From an uncultured delta proteobacterium (GTDB lineage: Bacteria > Myxococcota_A > Polyangia > Haliangiales > Haliangiaceae), in NCBI GenBank assembly GCA_963743525.1, contig CAVUQH010000003.1, forward strand, positions 736,001-800,000: 64,000 nucleotides of DNA. The letters are read 5' to 3'. Both the position numbers and the translations under genes were made by a program. How positions within the stretch are numbered: position 1 is the stretch's first letter; each line of letters opens with the position of its first letter. The notes beneath the pieces were generated by a model. It saw only the letters and a program-made list of their open reading frames with translations, searched no databases and was not told the origin of the DNA. Positions 10,229 through 20,041 of this stretch are shown in pieces.

Positions 10229-10919
10229 GCAGGTGTGCGCGGTGCAGGATGCGGTCGAGCATGGCGGTGACGGCGGCAGCGTCGCCGAGGAGCTTGCCCC
10301 AATCGTCTAGCGGACGGTTGGAGGTGAGCAGGGTGCTGCCGCGCTCGTAGCGACGCATGATGACCTCGAGCAGGTCTTCGGCGGCAGTCGGCGGCAGCTT
10401 GCGCATGCCGACGTCGTCAATGATCAGCAGCGGCACGGACGCGAGCGTGGCCATGGCGTGTTTGCGCAGCCCTTCGAGGGTGGCCTCGGCCAGGTGCTCG
10501 ATGAGGATGTGCGCTTCGCGGTAGATCACCTTGTGCCCCTGGTGGATCGCCGCCAGCCCGATGGCCTGAGCCAGGTGGCTCTTGCCGGTGCCGGGCGGCC
10601 CGTGAAACAGGACGTCTTCTCGCGCGTCAACGAAGCGGGCGGTGGCGAGGTCGAAGACGAGCTTGCGGTCCATCTTCTTGTTGAAGTCGAAATCGTAGTT
10701 GTCGAGAGTCCGGCCGGGTTCGCGAAATGCGGCTTGCTTGATGCGCCGCTGGATCAGTCAATCGTGCCGGCGCACGAGCTCGTCCTGCACCAGCGCGCCG
10801 ACGACGTCGATGCCGGGCCAGCTCTCGGTCTGCGCCTGGCGCAGCCGCGCGTCGAGGGTGTCGGCCATGCCGGACAGGCGCAGCTTGCGCAGTGAGCGGT
10901 CGAGTTCGATCGGGTTCAT
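10229..10919 (-). pseudogene. istB: IstB of outer IS, 5' part, interrupted by inner IS
   Basis: MNPIELDRSLRKLRLSGM..., [33 protein letters not shown]; indel near 10760. Confidence 0.9.
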
Positions 10920-12520
10920 GAGTCTCCTTGGGTTCGCTGCTCGAGCAGCTGTTGGTATTGGGTGAGCTCGCGGATCAGCGGATCGACTTGTCGCAGCGAC
11001 AGCGACGGCCCGGGCGCGTGCTCGAGGTAGCTGCGGACAAACCGGTACGACGGCGCGCCGGTCTCCAGGGCAAACGCGCATGCGGCTTCGAGCTGCGCGT
11101 GTCCGTACTTTTTCGCGAGGCCGAGCGTGCCCTGGATGCGACGGATGCCCGGCGTCGCGCCGTCGTTGCGCCAGATCTCGCCGCACACGGTCTCGACGGC
11201 GCGCCCGATCACGCGGGCGCGCTCGCGGAGTTTGGCCAGTCCCGGCGGCGCCTTCTTCGACCGGTCGCGCGGGTCGATGCGATGACGGCCGGGGCGCTCG
11301 CGCATGTGCTCGCGCAAGAGGTCCGACGTGCGCGGATCGAGAATACGCACGCGCCGCGTGTCCCACTGCACGTGCACCTCGCGACCGATCCACCCGGGCG
11401 GCGTGCCGTAAAACGCACGGGCCACTTCGACACAGCCGTCCAGATGCACGGTGCGCTTGCCGTACTCGTAGTACGCGAAGGACTCGACCGGCAGTGGCAA
11501 CAGCGATGGTTTCTCGTCGGCAAACATCGCGGCGACCTGCCGCTTGGTCGTGCCGTGGATGCGCGTGTCGGCCCAGTTTGCCTCCCACCGATCGAGGTAC
11601 ACCTGCGCCGCATCGAGCGTCTCGAAGCGCAGGCCGCGCATCTTGTCCTGGCCGGCTTTGACCGCGGACTCGACCTTGCCCTTGCGGTTTGGATCGCGGA
11701 CGCGCGCCGGCAGCGCTGTCGCGCCGTAGTGCGCGAGCACATCGCGATACAGCGGATTCAGCGTCGGGTCGAAGTACTCGGCCTTCAGCACGCCTTCCTT
11801 GAGATTGTCCAGCACGACGACGCGCGTCGCGCCGCCGAGCCGGCGAAACGCACGCTCATGAAGCTCGGCCCAGATGCGCGAGCTCGAGCCGAAGGTCCAC
11901 AGCCAGATCGACTTGCGGCTACAGCCGAGCGTGAGCACGAACAGGCGCGTCCGGCGGTACTTGCCCGTGTCCGGGTAGCGGACCATCGGCCCCTCGCCGT
12001 AGTCAACCTGGCACTCCTCGCCCGGCAGCGTCGTGATCACCGGGTGGGCATCGCCGCCGCTGGTTCGGCGCAGTTTGCGCACGAATCGCCGCACGCTCGA
12101 GTAGCCGGCCTCGAAGCCGGAGTCGTCGACCAAGTCCTGCCAGATCGCCTTCGCGTTGCGGCCCAGCGACACCGCCTGCTCGATCAACTCGCGGTGTGGT
12201 TCGCACACGCTTGCCGACGGCGACACCGTCGGTGATTGCCGTTCGAGCTCGGCCGAGTCGGTGGACGCCTCACTGGCCGGTTTTGCCGAGTCGGCCGACA
12301 CCTCACTGGCCGGTTTTGCCGAGTCGGTGGACGTCTCACTGGCCGGTTTTGAGAGCCGGCGCTTGCGCGGCGCGCGCACCACTATCCCGGCCGACTTCAG
12401 GTAGTTACTGGCCGTTTCGCGGCGAACTCCCGTCGCCTCTTCGATTTTTCGCAGCGACCAGCCCAGCCGCCCCAGTGCAAGAACCTCATGCCGCTTCTGC
12501 TCACTCAAGACATTGGCCAT
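10916..12520 (-). CDS. istA: IS21 transposase IstA (outer element), intact 534 aa
   Basis: TLPGEECQVDYG, VVLDNLKEGV, PNRKGKVES; ATGA overlap with istB. Confidence 0.93.
   Translation of the reverse strand: MANVLSEQKRHEVLALGRLGWSLRKIEEATGVRRETASNYLKSAGIVVRAPRKRRLSKPASETSTDSAKPASEVSADSAKPASEASTDSAELERQSPTVSPSASVCEPHRELIEQAVSLGRNAKAIWQDLVDDSGFEAGYSSVRRFVRKLRRTSGGDAHPVITTLPGEECQVDYGEGPMVRYPDTGKYRRTRLFVLTLGCSRKSIWLWTFGSSSRIWAELHERAFRRLGGATRVVVLDNLKEGVLKAEYFDPTLNPLYRDVLAHYGATALPARVRDPNRKGKVESAVKAGQDKMRGLRFETLDAAQVYLDRWEANWADTRIHGTTKRQVAAMFADEKPSLLPLPVESFAYYEYGKRTVHLDGCVEVARAFYGTPPGWIGREVHVQWDTRRVRILDPRTSDLLREHMRERPGRHRIDPRDRSKKAPPGLAKLRERARVIGRAVETVCGEIWRNDGATPGIRRIQGTLGLAKKYGHAQLEAACAFALETGAPSYRFVRSYLEHAPGPSLSLRQVDPLIRELTQYQQLLEQRTQGDS
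12252..12350 (-). repeat. three 33-bp tandem repeats inside istA containing the IS terminal motif
   Basis: CACTGGCCGGTTTT at 12271, 12304, 12337; encodes (KPASExSxDSA)x3. Confidence 0.9.
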
Positions 12521-15500
12521 TTCCGCGCAGGGGGCTTCGCCCCTGCGCTCGGTGTCAATGTCTCGCCCCGCCTACTGGCCGGTTTTCAGCTGTCGATCAC
12601 TGGCCGCTTTTGGGTGTCGCCCGAGGCGCCCGACGAATCCACCATTCACGAACGCGTCATGTCGCGCCTGCGCGACACGTTCGCGGGGTGTGATCCCGAA
12701 GCGACTTTCGAATTGCTCAGCTACTGGATGCTCCGTGCCGCAGAGAAGAAGGCCCTGATAACCAAGAAGGAGGTGGCAGCACGAGTACAAGCCGTCGGGG
12801 CGTTTGTGCAGAATCGTGCCGCCTACCATCGCGAGGCTGAGTCGATCATACCGCTGGTTGACGAGCAGCCGGGCCACCCGAAAGGCTGTTTGCTGAGTTC
12901 TATCGAGGCGTCGCCGCGCGTTTCCAACACATACAAGCCGACGTCTACGTTCCGCGCGAACACTGGCTCGGCGATATCAAACGCGCATACGAAGAAACTC
13001 GGTGTGTCGTCCTGAGAGGCGCCTCAGGACAAGGAAAGTCGGCACTGGCCTACCGATACTTGAAACAGTACGTGCCGTCCGCATGGCGCTACGAGGTGCG
13101 GCTGATTGACGGCCCGCAACATGCTATCGGCCTCGCTCGTGCCCTTTTCCTCGGACACATCAACGCGATAGGAGCTCCGGCTTTCGTCTATGTCGATGTA
13201 CCCCTGGGCGGCAATGCGTGGGTCGAGCTCATACGAGAACTCGCGTCGCTTGAGAACGTTCACTTCCTCGTGTCCATCCGGGAGGAGGACTGGCGACGGA
13301 CACACGCGGACACTCTACTAGTTGAGCTTCGGGAACTCGAACTGCGTCTCACTCGAGAGGAGGCCGCTCAGATTCTACTCGCGTTTGAGCGAGCAGGGAA
13401 ATCCGGGCCACCTCCTGGCATCCCGACGCCGCGCATGGGTTAGATTCGGTCAACGCGGACCCTTGCTGGAGTTTTCACACTTCATCGTTCACAACGAGTT
13501 GTTGGAGCGACGACTGCGAGGGCAGATTGACCGCATTCGGGACGAGGTCAGGCGGGGTGAACGTCCCATTGAAGATCTCGCCCTTCTGCGGCAGGCCAGT
13601 GTCGCAGCTGCATACGATGCTCGACTTGCGGTAGGCTCGTTGCGCGAGGCCTTCGGCGACATAGACCTGGGACGGTCGCTCAGCCTGCTTGAAGATGAGT
13701 ACCTGGTTCGCGCGACAGACCAAGGTCTCGTTGAGGGCCTGCATCCGATACGGTCGGACCTGATCGTTCAGTTCCTCACGGACGACGCTGCAGCGCCGTG
13801 GCATGAAACGGCCAGGGCGGCTCTCCCCCATATCGCAGAGCAGGACCTAGAGACGTTCTTGCTCCACGCTTTCGTGCGGAGGCCTGCTGAGCGCGAGTCG
13901 TTGTTGAAGGCGCTCAATGACCTGCAAACGAAGACATGGACAGGTGTTGCAGGCGTTGTGCGTGCGCTGATCTGGCTCGGGGTGGATGACTACGTCACGG
14001 AGAACTCAACGGTCATTTCCGGGGCACGGTCCTACTTCGGAGAGAGCTGGTGGCTGTTCGTACTTCCTGCCCCACCGCTGACGCGCCAAGGCCGAGTCCG
14101 CTCGAGGATTCAGAGCTGTTCTCAAGGGATCAACGGGCGACGATGGCGGACTTCCGCGCGCAACTAACGCGTGGGAGCGCGACTTTTCTGACCGGGCACG
14201 CAAGTGGTTGAGCTCCCAGTGGGACAACCCCGCCGCAGTAGACTCGGACCGTGACTGGCGAGGATTGGTCGATTGCCTGTTCTGGAACGACCAGCTGCAG
14301 GTTGGGCTGGAACCTTCCTAAGCTGGTTCATGCAGGGGCGCTTGAGCTGGCCCTCGAAGGTACACCAGTCGACACCGCCGCAGACCGACCTACGTGCTGT
14401 CCATCGGTACCGCAGGCACCAACCTGAAGCGATATGCGCAAAGTGTATGTCTAGAACGGTTGCGCAAAGAGACGCTCATCGTCGGCCTAGAAGAAACCGC
14501 TGACCAAGCCCGCATACACTTCGTCGTCTCATCGTACCTGATGCCTGGATCGGCCGGGCGGGACCGAGTACGCCAGCCAGCCTCCACAGTGAGACCATTA
14601 GACGAATCGAGCTTGTCCGACGGGTACTCCCGGACAAGGCCTCCTATGCGTCGCAAGGCTACGGTCACCGCGCTGGCCCGTTCACTCCCCCATACGACGA
14701 GACAACCAAGACAGGCGTGCCGGTTGACGCACTTGGGCTGCACTGGATACGCGACGTCAACGCTCGAGTGCATAGGCTAGCGGACTACCCGACGCGTATG
14801 AACGCGTGGAACGAGTACGTGGAGGCAATCGTGGCTGCCCGGAGGGCGGCCGTACGATTTTTGACTCGGGTCACCCAGATTCTGAAGCTCTACTTCAAGC
14901 GAAAGAAGCCCGCGGCGTTGTTCCAAGAACTCTTCTCAGAGGAGCTTTGGGAAGAGACGGACGATCTGTGGGCTCGCCAGCCAATGCTGCCCAAAGCTGC
15001 GGTAGACGAATGGGGCGATGTCGCCGAGCCGAGTAAGCGTCTCAGGGGCACTGCCCGCGTTCGGCTGCTACCTCCCTCGCTCTTCAACGTCTGCAACCCG
15101 TCCTCCGTGCGCAACGCGAGCACGGTCAAGCGGTGGGCAACTTCATTCGGCAATCAAAGATGGCGCTCGACGCTGTTCCGTTCTTCGTTCGAGGAACAGA
15201 GCAGCAGGCGTCGGCGGTTCGGGAGCTTCTTCGTTCACATCGACTGACTGAGGAGCCTGGACGGCTCTCCCTCACCAATCTCTGTAGCGCGATGGAGCAC
15301 CTGCTGTCATTCCAACGCGAATTCCGGCAGGCCTTCTGCAGCGTTCTCGACGTGAGAGAAAGCGAGGAACTCGACGCCAAGGAACTTCAGGCGTACAACG
15401 AACTGTTTCCCATTTGGGCTCGGTTTGTTCTCTCCAGGTCGCATGAACGCGACCGCGACGTTCGAGATCCGCAAAGAACAGACTCGATAGTTGCCTCGCA

Positions 15501-16365
15501 AAGATCCGTAGGCAGCTTGCTGAGCGGCTGGTCGCCGTGTCGACCGATGAAGTCCAATGCCGTCTTGCGTCTGCGTCGTCGTTTCTCGAACAGTCTGGAC
15601 GACTCGTTGTCGTCGCTGACGTCCCGACGTTTACTGACACAGGAGAGGGCCTAGGCTTGGTGGCTGGGGCGATTCTGACGGCGTTGCCGGACGGGCGCGA
15701 GCTTTCATTCGAAAGACAAGCTGTGTCTCTCGCTTGGCAATCTGTGCTCGTACTCCCTTTGGTGCGGGGGCGCGCGGCGGGCTTCAACGGTTGGGAGTGG
15801 AGTACGGTGACTCTGATGGCGACCTCGCTGGAAGAGTTGGCCTCGCAATGGTGGAACCTTGCACCACGAGAGGTGCCGCAAGACGTTTGGATGCGTGCGG
15901 GCCTCGAGCAATGGGAGGGCTGGCAATTTGACCTTGCTGCGCGCTACCAGGCCGCAGTCGCAGAGACCGCTGCAGGCATGTGGCACTTGGCAGACCTCGT
16001 AGAGATTCCGAGCATGGACGATCTAGGGCGCGCGCACCTCACGGACTATCTCGAACGGCAGGCAGCGAACATGAAGTCTTCGGCAGCCAAGGGCCTGGAG
16101 CTGCTTCGCCAAATGAGATCGTCGATCGCGCCGGCATCGCTGAAGGCCACTGTCGGGATGTTCGACGCACTGGACTCGATGTTGTCCACCATCGCCACGA
16201 TTGAAGTGAAGGTCGAGCTGCGTCGTACGAGCGAAGTTGACGCGTCCGAACAAGCAGAGACGGATGAGGAGGACGAGATCGCCACGCTTGTCGAAGTCAG
16301 CGAGACTCTACGTCTGGCGTGGCTGGACGGCGTGGTTCCGAGCCGCGGCGCTTGAGGGGCGGGGT

Positions 16366-17268
16366 GTGACTACTGCTAATCCACCGGAACACAACGAACT
16401 CGGTCTTCTTTGGAGGGAGGCCGTGACGGAGTTCTGCAAACGTACAAGGGCGCTCGCCGCAGTGCCGGCTTGCGGCGGATTGGTCATGAAGAAGAAACGC
16501 CGTTGCACCTGCAAACGAAGCGACGTTCGCGACGCGCCAATCCAGTGGCAGCTGTGTGGCGACGAAGTCCACGTAGGCGCATCCCGGCCATCACAAGAGG
16601 TCCATGTCCCCGAACTCTACTCTGGGGCGCCTTGGAAGTGGCCCAAGGAACTCGCAATGGTAGACGGAAACTGGGTCGCCTGGCTTGGCGCCAATCCGGG
16701 TATTGATACGACCGTTCCATTCCCGACGGTGAAGCAGGCCGAAGTGGAGGGTTGGCAAGTCATCGTGGACTTCTTTGAGGACAGGTTTGAACAGCAGCGG
16801 GGAGAACACGACCTGCGAAGGGGCGCCTTCTTCTCTCAGCTAGAGGTTGCGCTCGACTATGCCCTTGTGCGCAGCGGGATCGACATCTCCAGAACCCTCG
16901 GACGCGTGGGCCTCGTTACCGACATCGTGCCGTGGAAATTCAACGGCTGGGGTGGGCTTCCGTCCCAAATGAAGCGTCAGATGACCGCGGAGAGTAGACG
17001 CCGAACTGTCCGGCTGCTCACCCTCCTGCGCCCTCCGATTGTCATCGCCCTGGGACGGGATGCAGGCGATGCCATCGCTGAGTGGACTGGAGCCAAAGCG
17101 CCAACCAACGCTCTCTCGTTTGGTGACTGCGGCTACGTGGCCGTTTCACCGGACCACCGGGCACGCCTCTTCTACATGCCTCACCCGAGCGGCCGGAGCG
17201 GAGCGTTCTGTGCCAGTCTACGTCGTCTCTCCCAAGCGCTGCGTGCCGAATGGGTCAAAGGCCACTAG
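16366..17268 (+). CDS. uracil-DNA glycosylase superfamily protein
   Basis: GTG start 10 nt after the STAND stop; WLGANPG (motif A-like), TDIVPW, RPPIVIALGRDA, YMPHPSG (motif B-like). Confidence 0.75.
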   Translation: MTTANPPEHNELGLLWREAVTEFCKRTRALAAVPACGGLVMKKKRRCTCKRSDVRDAPIQWQLCGDEVHVGASRPSQEVHVPELYSGAPWKWPKELAMVDGNWVAWLGANPGIDTTVPFPTVKQAEVEGWQVIVDFFEDRFEQQRGEHDLRRGAFFSQLEVALDYALVRSGIDISRTLGRVGLVTDIVPWKFNGWGGLPSQMKRQMTAESRRRTVRLLTLLRPPIVIALGRDAGDAIAEWTGAKAPTNALSFGDCGYVAVSPDHRARLFYMPHPSGRSGAFCASLRRLSQALRAEWVKGH

Positions 17269-17404
17269 AAGTGGGACCTTAAAGAAGGCCGCCTCCAACC
17301 CTGTTTGCCGCGACGGGCTCCAGCCGCTCTAAACGTGGATCCGGAGGGCCCCTATGAGTGAGCGGCCAAAGATCTCAATCCAGGCCGTGAAGCTCTAGCG
17401 CCTC

Positions 17405-18658
17405 TTACACGCGCAGCCGTTCCGCAAGCTCGGAGTGCCCGCCGAACGAAGCCCAATCCGCTGCGGTGTAGCCAGCGGCATTCGTCGCTGACAGGTCGGC
17501 GCCCGAAGCGACAAGCCGATCAACTATCGCCGCGTGACCTTGGCGGGCGGCGAAGTGGAGCGTCGGAATGTCTCCCTGGATGGCAATCGAGGCGCCAGCG
17601 TCCAGGAGGCGCTCGACGACACGAGTGGCTCCCTCGCGGACCGCCCAATGAAGGGCGGTCTGGTTGTAGACGTTCACGCTGTCCACCGGCGCTCCTGCTT
17701 CGATCAGGGCAAGAGCGAGCTCAAAGTGTTTGTGTTTCACGGCCGTAATGGCAGCAGTGTCGCCTTCGGGGGTGTAGTCCCACTGGCCGTCGATGGTTCT
17801 GCTGTCGAGGTCGACCCCGGCCGCAATCGCCCGTGTGAGGCTCGCGGCGTCTCCATCGTATGCAGCCTGGAGCAGCTGGCGCTGGTCGTCGGTCTGCGCG
17901 GCATGAATCTGCTCTTCGAGTTGCTGCCGGGCCCTTTCGAGGCCGGCAGCGATTTCATCCTCTGGGATTGTCCACGAGATGCCCAGCCGGCTCAGCTTCT
18001 CGGCCCCCGCCTGCGCGGCCTCCATGGTGACCGGCTCTTCACCGCGCAGCAGCACGAGCGACTCGGCCGGGCTGACGTCGGTCGGAGACTCAGTGGCCAG
18101 CCGTAGCGCGATTCGGCACTGTTCGTCGGTCAGGGAGAGCAGCTCCCCCCACGGTTGAAACATCTGTGAGCCGAACACCGCCTTCTCGGCGGGTACGAGG
18201 AAGCCCGCGAAGTAGTCAATCCCGTGGTCTCCTCGGCCGTTCGCGTCGATGGGGTCAGACGTCTGCACAGGGGACTCGGGGCCATCAACCCAGAGCACGC
18301 TCGTTACGAGGTGCCCCAAGGCGTCTGCGACGCTCGCGGCAAGCTTGCGGGCCTCGTCGGACACGTCTCCAAGCCAGCGAAGCGGTCGGCGATCTTCTTC
18401 GTCGAGGTTCCACTCACTGCGCTCGCTCTCGTGATCGAACGCGGCACCGACCACGGCTGTGGGAGTCCACGAGAGCTGGAATCGATCCCCCGTACACGGA
18501 TCGTGGTAGTAGGAGCCAGTCTCGGTATTCCCAGACCACTCCGACACGGTGACGTCGGGATAGTGCACAGTGCTCACGGCGTCCAGCACCGCGAAGAGAC
18601 GCGCGGCGTCCACGATCTCCGACCTACCTACCGTTCCTGTCCGTGCCTTGTAGCCCAT
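17405..18658 (-). CDS. ankyrin-repeat protein with N-terminal FDHES-motif domain
   Basis: GDTAAITAV, NQTALHWAVREG, PTLHFAARQGH, GYTAADWA ankyrin repeats at the C-terminus. Confidence 0.85.
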   Translation of the reverse strand: MGYKARTGTVGRSEIVDAARLFAVLDAVSTVHYPDVTVSEWSGNTETGSYYHDPCTGDRFQLSWTPTAVVGAAFDHESERSEWNLDEEDRRPLRWLGDVSDEARKLAASVADALGHLVTSVLWVDGPESPVQTSDPIDANGRGDHGIDYFAGFLVPAEKAVFGSQMFQPWGELLSLTDEQCRIALRLATESPTDVSPAESLVLLRGEEPVTMEAAQAGAEKLSRLGISWTIPEDEIAAGLERARQQLEEQIHAAQTDDQRQLLQAAYDGDAASLTRAIAAGVDLDSRTIDGQWDYTPEGDTAAITAVKHKHFELALALIEAGAPVDSVNVYNQTALHWAVREGATRVVERLLDAGASIAIQGDIPTLHFAARQGHAAIVDRLVASGADLSATNAAGYTAADWASFGGHSELAERLRV

Positions 18659-19025
18659 GGTTGACCTGGTCGAGCTGCGCCCGAGCGGAGCCTAGGTTAC
18701 CGGCCATGGGGACGCGATTCGAGCCCGGGCCTGCCGCTATTCACAGCGCGAATTCGTGCAGCGATTGCCGCCCGCCGCTCTGTGGATAGCCCGCCGCCAG
18801 GACGGCCATCTCGCGTGCGGGGCACGAAACAATGGCCGAAACAATGGGGCAATAGACGCGGTCCGAGGGCCGAAAATGGAGCAATAAATGGGGGGCCAAC
18901 GGCCCCCGAAGAGAATCTTCAGGAAAACGACGGGCCGCCGCGTAATCCGTCCGAGTCAGGAGATTTACGGGGTGAGGGCGCATCAAATCGTGCCGCTCAT
19001 TCTGTGAACGAAAGGCCGGATCGAG

Positions 19026-19535
19026 ATGAGCAAGAGCAAGAGGTCAGAATCGCTGGGTGCCACAATCGCGGCCGCGCTCGGCGGGTTGGGCGCTGCCTGC
19101 GTTGGCGGCGTGCTGGTCCGCATGGGCGTTCGCCCGGTCGTGGCGGCGGCCGGTGTCGGTGGCGTCGGGGCGCTTGGCGCGGTAGCGCTCGGTGGTCGCG
19201 CGCGGGATGCTGCCCTGGGCGCGAGTTCCGTCGGTGCCGGGCAGCTGGTGCTGGCATGGCTCGAAGCCGAGGCGCGCGTTGCTGCGGCCGAGGCAGAGCG
19301 GAGCGCTGCGCTCGCCGAGGTTGCCGAGGCTGTCGGTGACGACGACGAGTGAGATCTCGTCGAGCGCGAGACGAGCGATGACGAGCTCGACGACGACGAT
19401 CTGGTGATCGAGCTGGCGATGCCGCGCAATGGCGCACCCGAGTCGCTGTGGGATCGTCTTCGTTCACCGGCTTCGTCGCCGTGGCTGGGCGTCGCCATGG
19501 CGGTGGCGCCGCTGTTGCTGTTGGCGCTGTTGTGA
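19026..19535 (+). CDS. Gly/Ala-rich putative membrane protein, probably frameshifted near 19350
   Basis: ORF 19026-19352 continues in another frame as DLVERETSDDELDDDDLVIELAMPRNG...LLLLALL*, whose stop overlaps the next GTG. Confidence 0.5.
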
Positions 19536-20041
19536 TCGCCGAGGAGAGATCCCCGTACCTGACGACGGCGGAGGCCGCGGTGTACTTGCGGTACCGCACG
19601 ACGTCCGGGATCCGCATGGCGGTTTCGCGCGGCCTGCTCGTTCCCGCGGGAACGGGACCGCGCGGCGTGTATCTGTTCACGCGGGAGGAGCTTGATCGGT
19701 TTGTTGCGCGGCGTCGGCCGGGCTACTCTGCTCGTTGCCGTGAGGCGCCCGTACGTGAAAGGAGATCTGCCAATGGCTTTGAAAGGCAGAGCGACGAAGT
19801 ACGCGGGCGTCCGCTTTCTGGACAAGGGAAAGTATCTCGTGCGCGCCAGGGGGACCTGTCCGCACACGGGAAAGCGAAAGGAGGTCGAGCAGACCCTGAG
19901 GAACACCACCGCCGCGGCGGCGGCGCGGGTGCGAGCCGATCTGATCGAAGAGATCGCAGCGGGGGCTCGAAAGCCGCTGCGAAGACGCGTTGGGGAATTC
20001 GCGCAATCGTGGATGAAGTCCAAGGCGCTCAAGGTCAGTAG
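19532..20041 (+). CDS. excisionase-like helix-turn-helix protein (3' end uncertain, overlaps integrase)
   Basis: SPYLTTAEAAVYLRYRTTSGIRMAVSRGLL...YLFTREELDRF, a MerR/Xis-type wHTH immediately upstream of the integrase. Confidence 0.75.
   Translation: MIAEERSPYLTTAEAAVYLRYRTTSGIRMAVSRGLLVPAGTGPRGVYLFTREELDRFVARRRPGYSARCREAPVRERRSANGFERQSDEVRGRPLSGQGKVSRARQGDLSAHGKAKGGRADPEEHHRRGGGAGASRSDRRDRSGGSKAAAKTRWGIRAIVDEVQGAQGQ

Larger units (their letters stand above)
7050..12626 (-). mobile_element. outer IS21-family element (contains a nested IS)
   Basis: IRs CCTCAAGCGACACCCGAAAAGCGGCCAGT and CCTCGGGCGACACCCAAAAGCGGCCAGT (rc); target duplication CGCCCGA at 7043-7049 and 12627-12633. Confidence 0.9.
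6614..16355 (+). pseudogene. Cap4-like nuclease fused to STAND NTPase and long helical sensor region, interrupted by nested IS21 (7050-12626) and several indels
   Basis: N-term GAQAALRGYRLQ...EGREDLDI...IIQVK (PD-(D/E)xK type); Walker A GASGQGKS at 13018-13041; AFVYVDV, FLVSIRE, GPLLEF, GLHPIRS; frame rejoins across the IS as IRLRTPD/ESTIHERV; ~1380 aa reconstructed. Confidence 0.8.

Noticed and set aside
12252..12350. Mini-CRISPR in the IS
   Set aside because: Contiguous in-frame 33-bp tandem repeats without unique spacers.
7050..12626. Composite transposon made of two inverted IS21 copies
   Set aside because: The split istB and the internal TG...CA ends with GCAGG duplication show nesting, not a composite.
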